Below are positions 38,753 to 50,699 of a stretch of 64,000 nucleotides of DNA, in pieces (the stretch's first letter is position 1; each line of letters opens with the position of its first letter). The notes beneath the pieces are model-generated. The model did not search any database, was not told where the DNA came from, and saw only the letters and a program-made list of their open reading frames with translations. The stretch is from Mayamaea pseudoterrestris (Eukaryota): positions 186,001-250,000 of the forward strand of contig BROI01000013.1 in assembly GCA_027923505.1 (NCBI GenBank). The letters are read 5' to 3'. The position numbers were made by a program, and so were the translations under genes.

Positions 38753-41700
38753 TGTAACTTGTAAATCAAATCGTTGCACCTTTCGCTTGTAGCTGTCCTT
38801 GGATGGCCAATCCAAGCTTGCAGTTGCTACAATACGAGAGACGAATAAATCGCTTTCTTAACTCTTCAAGCTTAGTAAGTCTGCTTGTTTCTACTCTATA
38901 TCGCACTAGTTTCAGCAATATACTTGTTGAATCGCTTCGAAGCCGTCGCTGCCACGCATCACGCGATCGTGAGGCTGTGGTGAGCCGCGAGTGCCGCTGT
39001 GTCACCCTATCGGACATTCGGTGTGACTTGCCCGATTTTCGCTGTTTTCGTTCGCATCCTGCAACTCCCCTCAAGTCATACCTAATAGTTAGATTCCTTG
39101 AAGAGCAGGTTCTTTAAGTGCTTGCTTGCCGTAGCCCGTGGAAGAAACTTGGTAAGTACATCCGCCGGGTTTGTCGTTCCCATGATGTGGTTGAAATTAA
39201 TAATTCCCGCCGCAATCGCTTCGCGTACACGGTGAAATGCCAGTGCATTGTGTCGCTTCGTCAGACTAGAGTGCGGTAGGTTGCTGCTTTGCGTTACCGA
39301 CTTGTTGTCTCCAAACATCCATGAAGGTCCGTCGAGCGGAACTCCCAACATGCGTAGCGTGAAGCGAAGATCCATGATCTGCTCCGTGCTCACTCTCGCT
39401 GCTACAAACTCCGAGCCGTACGTCGCCGTCTCGACCGTCGCTTGGCGTTTCGAAAACCAATCGACGACTGTTCCATTCAACATGTGTAGCATGCCCATCG
39501 CTGCCCGTCCCGTCGTGTAATCGTGGTACAGGTTCGCATCTTCGAACGTTGACATTCGCACCGCCTTGCCGCGCGGCGTGGGCATGTTCCACGGAAGCTC
39601 TTCGCAGATCTTGCCGTACACACTGTAATCCCAATCCATCTTGTCAACTGTCGCGTATCGCTCGTCCGTTGGAATCGAAACGTTGAATCGAATCGCTCCA
39701 TCCGGGTATCTTCGTAAGTATCCGCAAATATGCTTCAACCGTTCCAAGTGCCCCGCTCGTGGCGCAGCTCGGAATCTCCCCATAGTCATGACAGCACAGT
39801 GAATGTCGAATCGACATAAACTTACTGCCCATTGCAACGCACCAATTATCGATTGATACTTCGCAATTCCGTCGTCGTCAAGTTCTTTCGTTTCGTCGAG
39901 TTCCGGATGATCGCCGTCGCGTAGTGGACTTGTCTGCGGTCGCGGTTCCTCGCCGAACATTTCTTTGTAGTTCGCTAGTAGTCTTGTGACGTACTTCTTC
40001 GCTCCGAAGCAGAGTACGCCGTCGTCGTCTCGCCAAACGTCTGCGCCCAAATGATATGCCAATGGACCGACGCCCTTCAACTTGTAGTTGTAGTTCTCAA
40101 TTAAAAGATCCGTTAGTTCCTTCGGATTCTTCATCGCTATCGCTAAATCGTCGACATACACACAAACGTATTCGTAGTGCGTGCCTTTATCGCGCATCCA
40201 CACGTCCGGTTCTGCGATACACGGCGTGAAGCCAATGTCGCGGAGCGTGTCTGCAAAGTGCTCGTGCCAGCGTGCGCCTGACGTGCGAAGACCGTATAAT
40301 GCCTTCACGATCGTGAGCGTGTGACCCTCGAGCTCCCCGAACTCCGGACCTGCCACGATATAAACCTTCTCTTTCGTTTTCGCTTCCAAGTATGCGTTGC
40401 CGACGTCAGCTGCCCACAGTTCCAGACCGTTGAGTTCCGCTAACATCGCTACCATTCGTAGACTTCGCAATGACACAACGCCCGAGTAAACTGAATCCTT
40501 CGGCGGCTCTGTCATATGTCCTCCTGCGACGAGTCGTGCTTTCCGTCGCAAATCGTGCTTGACATCGAATATCATGTGCACGTTTATTCGTTTCCACGGC
40601 GCCGGCATAACCTTACCGACTCCTTGATCTGCGAACGTGTCGTAATCATTTATCTGATTTAATTCCGTTCGAATCGCATCCGTCCACAGCGTGTTGCCGT
40701 TGATCTCGTCGAGAGCTTTCGCATCTTTATAATTGCGCGGCAACCTTACGCCGAATTTGTAGCGTACGCCGTTTGCTTTCGATTTTCGTTTCGCCGCTGT
40801 TACCATCTGTCGAAACTTCTTTCGCTTCCGAGTGTAATGCTCCAGCTGCTTCCATCCTGGCTTGTCGAGTAAGCCGTGCTTGAGTCCATACTCTGCGATC
40901 GTTATCGGATCGTCCTTCTTCATGATCGCGAGAGGCTCCCACGTCGTCGTTCCGTCAGTCCATTCGACGAGAACGTTACTTGAACTTCCTTTGTATGTCG
41001 GATCGTTCGGTTTCAAATTAAGCTCGTGTCCGATTACCTTCGTGAATACCCACTGAGTCGCCGGATCGTTTCGTATATCTTCGTCCATCTGTCGTTCGAT
41101 TAAATCCGACAGTTCGTTGTAACTTATTAAGTCTTTCGCTGGCTCCTCTCCCATTTGGATTAGGAAACCTTTCGTCGTTTCGAGTAGCTCGTTATCGCGT
41201 ACTTCGATATATTCGCATACAGTCGCTCGCATTTTCTGACCGTTTTCGTGTTCCCTTACGAACGTGCGTCCGATGAGTTCGCTTGGAGAGAACAGAGGGC
41301 ATTTATTCCCTGATTCTTGCTCAGCCCTTCTGAAGAACTTCGCTGGTACGTTGGCGTGGTTCGCCATCGGAATTGTTTCGTCGTCGTTTCCTTCGTAGTT
41401 GTCGTGACTACTTTCTGTCACATTCGTGCTATGGTAGCGTCCTGTCGCGAGATCTGGAGTTTCAAAATTTCGCTCGCTTGCGCGTGTAGCTTCTTCAGAA
41501 ATCTCCCCTCCAGACTCAGGGAAGGAAGGCAACTCTCGTGGTAACAAGTAGCTGCGCGAGACCACGTTGGAGCGCGGAATCGCCTGAAGCGTGTCGTCCG
41601 TCAGAACGAGAAAAGTCATGTGCGGACCGCTATTCTCTGCGATGCCCACGAATCGGCCGTTGCCAGATCGTACCGCCGAGGGAAAGCTCCCCTGCGCCTC

Positions 41701-44700
41701 AAACGTGACCGGTTCCCACCACTTGAAATGTAACAAAGGCGAAATATCCGGCAAATTTCCGAACGCAACTTCCGTTGGCGTGCGCCATCCCAGCGATTTC
41801 GTCGCGAGGACGTTCAGTATCATGATTACGAATTTAATCAGCAAAACCCAGCAATGGCCTGGCGAACCCGAATCTCGTTGGAGGTTCTCCATCATTGGCT
41901 TAATGTGCGACGTGTGACGTTCGCATGGATTTTGTTCTGGATGACCCGGTTCTGTGGTCACTTGAGGAATATTGTACATCCGACAGAGATCCCTCACAGC
42001 CTTGCCAGTCTCCGACTTGGCATTGTCGCTGAGCAGTCCGTTAGGAGCGCCCACTTCGCGGATAAAATCCTCTAACGCGTTTGACATTTCGCTCTCCGAC
42101 TTCATCGGGTAGCCGCGCGTGTAAAAACTTTCTCGTCCAACAAAGAGCTGCATCTTAGTAGCTCCCCATGCCCTAGAATTCCATCATCCAAAGCTGGCGT
42201 GTCAGAGTGTATCGTGTCCGTGGCGAATAGTTCGCGCAACCGCTGAACGTTCGCGGCCGGAAATCGTGATTTCGTGAGGTGTCGAAATGGTAATCGCGGG
42301 TGTGCGCTGAGATGATACCATGCTTCCGTGTGACGTAAAGTCTGTTGAACGCGCTCAGTCGGGACCCATCCGAGGTACGGCCGAAGAGCATTATAGTCCG
42401 GTTCCTTGCTTCTTAGCTTCCGCAAATTAACGCGTGAAAACTGAGCGTGTCGCACGCACCGATTGATCAGTACGTCAAGTTCGTCGCCAGTGCGTGTCGG
42501 CGTGTGACGATTGCGGTGCGTGATACCGTCATCATCGAATCGTTCGTCGAAAGATCCATAATCGTGATCTCGTTCGTCGAAATCGTCGTGCGCGTGCTCG
42601 ACATCGTAAACAGTCGGGTCCCACGGCACGTCCGACGTCATGATGACAGTCGGATACTTATCCAAATCATCGAACGTGGGTTTCGTCACGTCCAAGTACA
42701 CCAGGCCATCGCGAATTGCCAATGGCAAAACGTAGCCTCCAATGTTCGTCGTAATTCGTTGCGTTCCGCCAAACATGGTCGGAATATCGTCGACGCGATG
42801 TCCCATTGCGCGCAATTGATTCGGGCAATGAATCGTCGGTCCGTCTCGCTTTAAAGCATACTGGTGACACAGAAGCAGAATGGTTTCGCCACTAAGGGTC
42901 TTTGCCAGTCCAGCTGCAGTGCCAATCTTGAGAGCTGGGACAATATGATCGTCAATACCAGTCACATCCACCTCGGCGTTCGTTTCCGAAACGACGAGCA
43001 TGTCTCCTCCGCATAAGCCTCCGTTCGCGCCGCTGTCGATGAGCGCGCCTTCGTTGATCCGCTCGTAGTGTGCGCGATTGACGCGCATACGACGATGCAT
43101 GTTGAAGCTGAATGTACCTCGTCCGGTGTTATCAGTCGTCAACGATCCTGTCACTTGCTGAGTTGTAGTACTCGCATTGTTCGCTTGCAGAACCGATCGT
43201 GCAGCCGTTTGGACTGACATTCCACTATTGCCGGGCTGAATATTAATCGTGCCAGGAACGCTTGCGTGATCGTTCGCTACAGATTCCGTCGCGTGACGCT
43301 CTTGATGCGCCGCGTTGACTTGCGTCTGCGTCGTAGCCGTGCCTCGTTGGTTGCGCGGTCGCCATCCGTTTTCGGGTGTCTTGGGCGCCGTCGCACGCTT
43401 GTCCTTCAACTGCTTTCGCTGATCAAACTTCATCTCCAACCAGACTTCATCCTTCACGCTCGCGTGAGGTTTCTTCATGATCGCTGCAAATCGTTCCGCC
43501 GATAAGCCGCTTGGAGTCGCGCCGCCATTGCCGCCGCCGCCTCCTTTCGTTCCACTAGACTGCGCTTGATTGATTGTGCGCTTAGTCTTCGTCGTCGATG
43601 GGTGTTTCTTGTCATACTTGATGCAGCACTCTTCTAAGTGCGCGTACAACTGCGCGAAATTGTCTTCCGAGTCGTGTTGCCCCATGTGTTTCTTGATGGC
43701 AATCATTCCGTCAAAACCTGCTAGTGATGCGCTGAATCCTGTGTGCTCGGAGAAAGCGTCGCGTAGCATGTCGTATCGTTGTAAACCTGTCAGAGCTTCT
43801 GCGTCCATTTCGAGCAGCCAGATGACTTTCTTGTAGAACAGTGCGAGAAATTCGATCGTCGGCCGTGACCACTTCTCGGTCAGCCGCATTCCCTGCAGTT
43901 CCGTTCGCGCGCGTTCCTTCTCGATGTGAGCAGTAGCGCCTTCTTCGTATCGCGTTCGCAATCGTTGGTAGACTTCGCGTCCGTCCATCGTCTTCTTGAA
44001 CTGCTGTACTGCGAGTGATGCAGACGGAGTTCGACAGTGCGTGAGAAAGATCCTGTATACAAACACATTCTTCTTTGCATACGCCTTCTGTTCCTTCGGT
44101 CCCTTTTCCTTCGGGTCATAATCGTCGTCAAAGACTTCGTGGAAGTCGTGCAATGTAGCGATGACTTTCAACTCGGAAATCCACTGTTTCCACGAGGAAT
44201 CCAGCTTCATTTCTTTACAATCCTTCGCCGAGAACTTGATAGACTTCGTAAATTGGTCTGAATACTTCTCGTCGTCTTCGTCGTCGCCGAGGTCCAGTAC
44301 GGATGTCGGTGACTGCTTCGTGTCCACGTCCACGCTCGTCGGTGGCACCTTGTCGGCCGAGTCGGGCTTCGACTCGTCGCCTTCGTTCGTTAGCGTGGAG
44401 TCCTTGGATTCGTCCTTCTTGGATTCCGTTTCGCTTTCCTTCGCTGGAGGTTTCGCTCCGCTTCCGCTGCCCACGCTCGCAATGTTGCGCGCTTGGACTC
44501 GTTCCTTCGCTCGTGCTGTGACGAACGTCGCCAGCGTTTCGGTGGTCAGTTGCGACCATGTCTTGATGTCCGGCGACTCTTGCGCCAAATACCATTCGAT
44601 CGCGTTCGTGATCGTGCGTTGTTTCATCTTCGTTAGCGAGTGTTCGCTCGTTTCCTGCGTGACATTGTCGCCATCGTCAGTCGTCGTCGTTGTCGTCGTC

Positions 44701-45334
44701 GTGACGTTCCACTTCGTCGCGAAATCGTCGTACTCCATCTCGATCAATTGCGTAAGCGATTCTACTCCGAGTTCGTCGAATAACTCCTTGAACTGAGGAT
44801 CTTGGAAAACGCCTACGTTCTCTTCGTAAACATGCGCAAACGCCGCGTCTTTCTGCGCGCGAGTTTCCGCCATCGTTGTCGTCGTGACAATGTTCTTGCT
44901 ATCACCTGCGGAACTTTCCGGGCCAAGAACCAACGTGCGTCCACGTTACTTCGTAAATCAATAGTACTCTTCGTCGATAAAGTCTCTATGCCGAGGCAAT
45001 GAGTCTCAAGACAGTGTTAATCTTGTAACTTGTAAATCAAATCGTTGCACCTTTCGCTTGTAGCTGTCCTTGGATGGCCAATCCAAGCTTGCAGTTGCTA
45101 CAATACGAGAGACGAATAAATCGCTTTCTTAACTCTTCAAGCTTAGTAAGTCTGCTTGTTTCTACTCTATATCGCACTAGTTTCAGCAATATACTTGTTG
45201 AATCGCTTCGAAGCCGTCGCTGCCACGCATCACGCGATCGTGAGGCTGTGGTGAGCCGCGAGTGCCGCTGTGTCACCCTATCGGACATTCGGTGTGACTT
45301 GCCCGATTTTCGCTGTTTTCGTTCGCATCCTGCA
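38753..45334 (-). mobile_element. Full-length Ty1/copia LTR retrotransposon (CoDi-like, chromodomain-bearing), 6.58 kb
   Basis: 311-bp LTRs at 38753-39063 and 45024-45334 (TG...CA, identical by eye). PPT gaggggagt lies next to the 3' LTR. Domain order gag-PR-INT-RT-RH. Confidence 0.97.
39082..44873 (-). CDS. Copia gag-pol polyprotein with one frameshift at ~42165
   Basis: PR (ALIDSGANGG), INT (LLSDNAK...EQNPCE), chromo-like (WVFTKVIGH...VLVEWTDGTTTWEPL), RT (KARLVAGGH, LYGLRTSG, YVDD) and RH (FEDANL, TYGSEF, MFGDN, NPADVLTK). Adding one G to a GGGG run would fuse ORFs 42102-44933 and 39082-42153. Confidence 0.9.
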
Positions 45335-48300
45335 ATGCTTGGCTGGTGTCTCAGGGGATGGCAATGTATTTGGTGACAACTTGTCACCAGCTAGTGCCAT
45401 ACAGCTACAGCGCCTGGCAGGTGCCAACATCAGCGGGTGCAACGTCAGTCTGCCATGCAGAGTGACACACAAGCCCTATAGGTGCCCAATAAGAATGGTG
45501 CAACAACATTATTCAGGCTGCGCTACAAGATGGTATGCCTGGCTAGTGTCTCAGGGGACGGCAATGATATTGGTGACAACTTGTTACCAGTCTCAGCCTG
45601 CAGATGCCGTGACATTCAAACACACCTACAGCAGGCAGTTTAGCGCCCAAATCACACCAGAATGGTGCCAACATCATTATTCAGGCTGCGCTACAAGATG
45701 GTATGCCTGGCTGGTGTCTCAGGGGACGGCAATGTATTTGGTGACAACTTGTCACCAGTCTCAGCCTGCAGATGCCGTGACATTCAAACGCCCCTACAGC
45801 AAGCCCTGTAGATGCCCAAAATACCCCTGAATGGTGCCAACATCATTATTCAGGCTGCGCTACAAGAAGGTATGCCTGGCTGGTGTCTCATGGACGGCAA
45901 TGTGATATTGGTGACATCTTGTCACCAGTCTCAGCCAGCAGATGCCGTGACATTCAAACGCCCCTACAGCAAGCCATGTGTATGCCCAAATTGACCCAGA
46001 ATGGTGCCAACATCATTATTTCAGGCTGCGCTACAAGATGGTTTGCTTGGCTGGTGTTTCAGGGGACGGCAATTATATTGGTGACAACTTGTCACCAGTC
46101 TCAGCCTGCAGATGCCGTGACATTCAAACGCCCCTACAGCACGCCCTGTAGGTGCCCAAAATGACACCAGAATGGTGCCAACATCATTATTCAGGCTGCG
46201 CTACAAGATGGTAGGCTTGGCTGGTGTCTCAGGGGATGGCAATGTATTTGGTGACAACTTGTCACCAGTCTCAGCCCGCAGATGCCGTGACATTCAAACG
46301 CCCCTACAGCAGGCCATGTAGTGCCCCAAATGACACCAGAATGGTGCCAACATCATTATTCAGGCTGCGCTACAAGATGGTAGGCTAGGCTGGTGTCTCA
46401 GGGCATGGCAATGTATTTGGTGACAACTTGTCACCAGTCTCAGCCTGCAGATGCCGTGACATTCAAACGCCCCTACAGCAGGCCATGTATACACCCAAAT
46501 GACACCAGAATGGTGCCAACATCATTATTCAGGCTGCGCTACAAGATGGTAGGCTTGGCTGGTGTCTCAGGGGACGGCAATGTATTTGGTGACAACTTGT
46601 CACCAGTCTCAGCCCGCAGCGATGCCGTGACATTCAAACGCCCCTACAGCAGGCCCCCCAAATTACACCAGAATGGTGCCAACATCATTATTCAGGCTGC
46701 GCTACAAGATGGTATGCCTGGCTGGTGTCTCAGGGGATGGCAATGTATTTGGTGACAACTTGTCACCAGTCTCAGCCCGCAGATGCCGTGACATTCAAAC
46801 GCCCCTACAGCAGGCCATGTATACACCCAAATGACACCAGAATAGTGCCAACATCATTATTCAGGCTGCGCAACAAGATGGCATGCCTGGCTGGTGTCTC
46901 AGGGGACCGCAATGTTTTTTGGTGACAACTTGTCACCAGTCTCAGCCTGGAGATGCCTTGACATTCAAATGCCCCTACAGCAGGCCATGTATACACCCAA
47001 ATGACACCAGAATGGTGCCAACATCATTATTCAGGCTGCGCTACAAGATGGTATGCTTGGCTGGTGTCTCAGGGAATGGCAATGTATTTGGTAACAACTT
47101 GTCACCAGTCTCAGCCCGCAGATGCCGTGACATTCAAACGCCCCTACAGCAGGCCCTGTAGGTGCCCAAAATACACCAGAATGGTGCCAACATCATTATT
47201 CAGGCTGCGCTACAAGATGGTATGCCTGGCTGGTGTCTCAGGGGATGGCAATGTATTTGGTGACAACTTGTCACCAGTCTCAGCCTGCAGATGCCGTGAC
47301 ATTCAAACGCCCCTACAGCAAGCCCTGTAGGTGCCCAAATTACACCAGAATGGTGCCAACATCATTTTTCAGGCTGCGCTACAAGATGGTATGCTTGGCT
47401 GGTGTCTCAGGGGATGGCAATGTATTTGGTGACAACTTGTCACCAGTCTCAGCCTGCAGATGCCGTGACATTCAAACGCCCCTACAGCAGGCCCTGTAGG
47501 TGCCCAAATTGCACCAGCATGGTGCCAACATCATTTTTGAAGCAGAGCTACAAGATGGTACGCTTGTCTGGTTTCTCAGGGGATGGCAATGTATTTGGTG
47601 ACAACTTGTCACCAGTCTCAGCCCGCAGATGCCGTGACATTCAAACGCCCCTACAGCAAGCCATGTAGGTGCCCAAATTACACCAGAATGGTGCCAACAT
47701 TATTATTCAGGCTGCGCTACAAGATGGTATGCCTGGCTGGTGTCTCAGGGGACGGTAATGATATTGGTGACAACTTGTCACCAGTCTCAGCCTGCAGATG
47801 CCGTGACACTCAAACGCCCCTACAGCAAGCCCTGTAGGTGCCCAAATTACACCAGAATGGTGCCAACATCCTTATTCAGGCTGCGCTACTAGATGGTATG
47901 CCTGGCTGGTGTCCCAGAACACTGCAATGTTATTGGTGACAACTTGTCACCAGTCTCAGCCCGCAGATGCCATGACATTCAAACACACCTACAGCAAGCC
48001 CTGTTGGTGCCCAAAATACCCCAGAATGGTGTCAACATCATTTTTCAGGCTGCGCTACAAGATGGTATGCCTGGCTGCTGTCTCAGGGGATGGCAATGTA
48101 TTTGATGACAACTTGTCACCAGTCTCAGCCCGCAGATGCCGTGACATTCAAACGCCCCTACAGCACGCCCTGTAGGTGCCCAAATTACACCAGAATGGTG
48201 CCAACATCATTATTCAGGCTGCGCTACAAGATGGTATGCCTGGCTGGTGTCTCAGGGGACTGAAATGTGATTGGTGACAACTTGTCACCAGTCTCAGCCT

Positions 48301-49700
48301 GCAGATGCCGTGACATTCAAACGCCCCTACAGCAGGCCCTGTAGGTGCCCAAATTACACCAGAATGGTGCCAACATCATTATTCAGGCTGCGCTACAAGA
48401 TGGTATGCTTGGCTGGTGTCTCAGGGGATGGCAATGTATTTGGTGACAACTTGTCACCAGTCTCAGCCCGCAGATGCCGTGACATTCAAACGCCCTACAG
48501 CAGGCCCAGTAGGTGCCTGAATTACACGAGAATGGTGGCAACATCATTATTCGGCTGCGCTACAAGATGGTAGGCTTGGCTGGTGTCTCAGGGGATGGCA
48601 ATGTATTTGGTGACAACTTGTCACCAGTCTCAGCCCACAGATGCCGTGACATTCAAACGCCCCTACAACAGGCCCTGTAGGTGCCCAAATTACACTAGAA
48701 TGGTTCCAACATCATTATTCAGGCTGCGCTACAAGATGGTATGCAGGCTTGGGTGTCTCAGGGGATGGCAATAGTATTTGGTGACAACTTGTCACCAGTC
48801 TCAGCCTGCAGATGCCGTGACATTCGCACCTACAGCAAGCCCGCTAGGTGCTCAAATTACACCAGAATGGTGCCAACATCATTATTCAGGCTGCGCTACA
48901 AGATGGTAAGCTTGGCTGGTGTCTCAGGGGATGGCAATGTATTTGGTGACAACTTGTCACCAGTCTCAGCCCGCAGATGCCATGACATTCAAACACCCCT
49001 ACAGCAGGCCCTGTATGCACCCAAATTACACCAGAATGGTGCCAACATCATTCTTCAGGCTGCGCTACAAGATGGTAGGCTTGGCTGGTGTCTCAGGGGA
49101 TGGCAATGTATTTGGTGACAACTTGTCACCAATCTCAGCCCGCAGATGCCGTGACATTCAAACGCCCATACATTAAGCCATGTATACACTCAAATCACAC
49201 CAGAATGGTGCTAACATCCCTATTTCAGATGCGCTACAAGATGGTATGCCTGGCTGGTGTCTCAGGGGATGGCAATGTATTTGGTGACAACTTGTCACCA
49301 GTCTCAGCCTGCAGATGCCGTGACATTCAAACGCCCCTACAGCAAGCCATGTATACACCCAAATTACACCAGAATGGTGCCAACATCCTTATTCAGGCTG
49401 CGCTACAAGATGGTATGCCTGGCTGGTGTCTCAGGGGATGGCAATGTATTTGGTGACAACTTGTCACCAGTCTCAGCTTGCAGGTGCCTTGACATTCAAA
49501 CACCCCTACAGCAAGCCCTGTAGCTGCCCAAATGACACCAGAATGGTGCCAACATCATTATCCAGGCCGCGCTACAAGATTGTATGCTTGGCTGGTGTCT
49601 CAGGGGATGGCAATGTATTTGGTGACAGCTTGTCCCAGTCAGCAGATGCCTGGCATGTCAAACGACCCCTACAGCAAGCCCTGTAGGTGTAGAATACACC
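45335..49700. repeat. Satellite B block 1: 169-bp monomers, ~26 copies, visibly more divergent than satellite A
   Basis: Monomer aatggtgccaacatcattattcaggctgcgctacaagatggtatgcctggctggtgtctcaggggatggcaatgtatttggtgacaacttgtcaccagtctcagcctgcagatgccgtgacattcaaacgcccctacagcaggccctgtaggtgcccaaattacaccag. Period 169 (e.g. 47233 to 47402). Confidence 0.95.
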
Positions 49701-49959
49701 AGAATGGTGCCACATCCTCATTTATTCATGCATGCGCTACAAGATGGTAGACTCTGGCTGGTCTCAGGGGATGGCTATGTATTTGGTGAACTTGACCAGT
49801 TCAGAACAGATGCCATTCAACCCCTGCATTTTCCTGTAGGTGCCAAATTACACCAGAATGGTGCCAACTGCATCTTTAATCAGGCATGCGCTAGCAAGGA
49901 GACTCAGATTGAGCTGGTGGCTCATGGCTATGGCAATCGTATTTGGGGTATACAATTTG

Positions 49960-50690
49960 AATGGATTGCAGATCCTTCATCCTTTATGCATGCCTAGCAA
50001 CCGCAGAGACTCAGATTGAAGCTGGCTGGCTCATGGCTATGGCTATTGAGTGTGTTTGTATTTGAATAGCTGAAACCATTGCTGAACCCAACCCCGGTCA
50101 TTTTCCTGGAGGGTTTAAAAGTATACCATTGAATGGATTGCACATACTGCATCTTTAATCCATGCCTAGCAACCGCAGAGACTCAGATTGAAGCTGGCTG
50201 GCACATGGCTATGGCTATTGAGTGTGTTTATATTTGAGTAGCTGGACCCATGCCAAACCCAACCCCAGTCATTTTCCTGGAGGAGTTGTAGGTATAAATT
50301 TGAATTGATTGCTCCTCCTACATCCTTTATGCATGCCTAGCAACCGCAGAGACTCATATTGAAGCAGGCTGGCACACGGCTATGGCTATTGAGTGTGTTT
50401 GTATTTGAATAGCTGAAACCATTGCTGAACACAACCCCGGTCATTTTCCTGGAGGGTTTCAAGGTATACCATTGAATGGATTGCACATCCTACATCCACT
50501 ATGCATGCCTAGCAACCGCAGAGACTCAGATTGAAGCTGGCTGGCACATGGCTATGGCTATTGAGTGTGTTTATATTTGAGTAGCTGGACCCATGCCGAA
50601 CCCAACCCCGGTCATTTTCCTGGAGGAACTGTAGGTATAAATTTGAATGGATTGTGCACCTACATCATTATGCATGCTAGCAACACTCAG
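49960..50690. repeat. Satellite C block 1: ~172-bp monomers, ~4 copies
   Basis: gcctagcaaccgcagagactc recurs at 49992, 50164, 50335 and 50507. Confidence 0.9.
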
Positions 50691-50699
50691 ATGTAAAGC

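Noticed and set aside
16158..38792. Hundreds of repeated 60-310-aa ORFs in satellite A (a 180-bp unit is open in some frames)
   Set aside because: Most units are 181 bp and shift frame every copy, a common variant creates a TAG in the + frame, and no domain is recognisable. These are by-products of the repeat.
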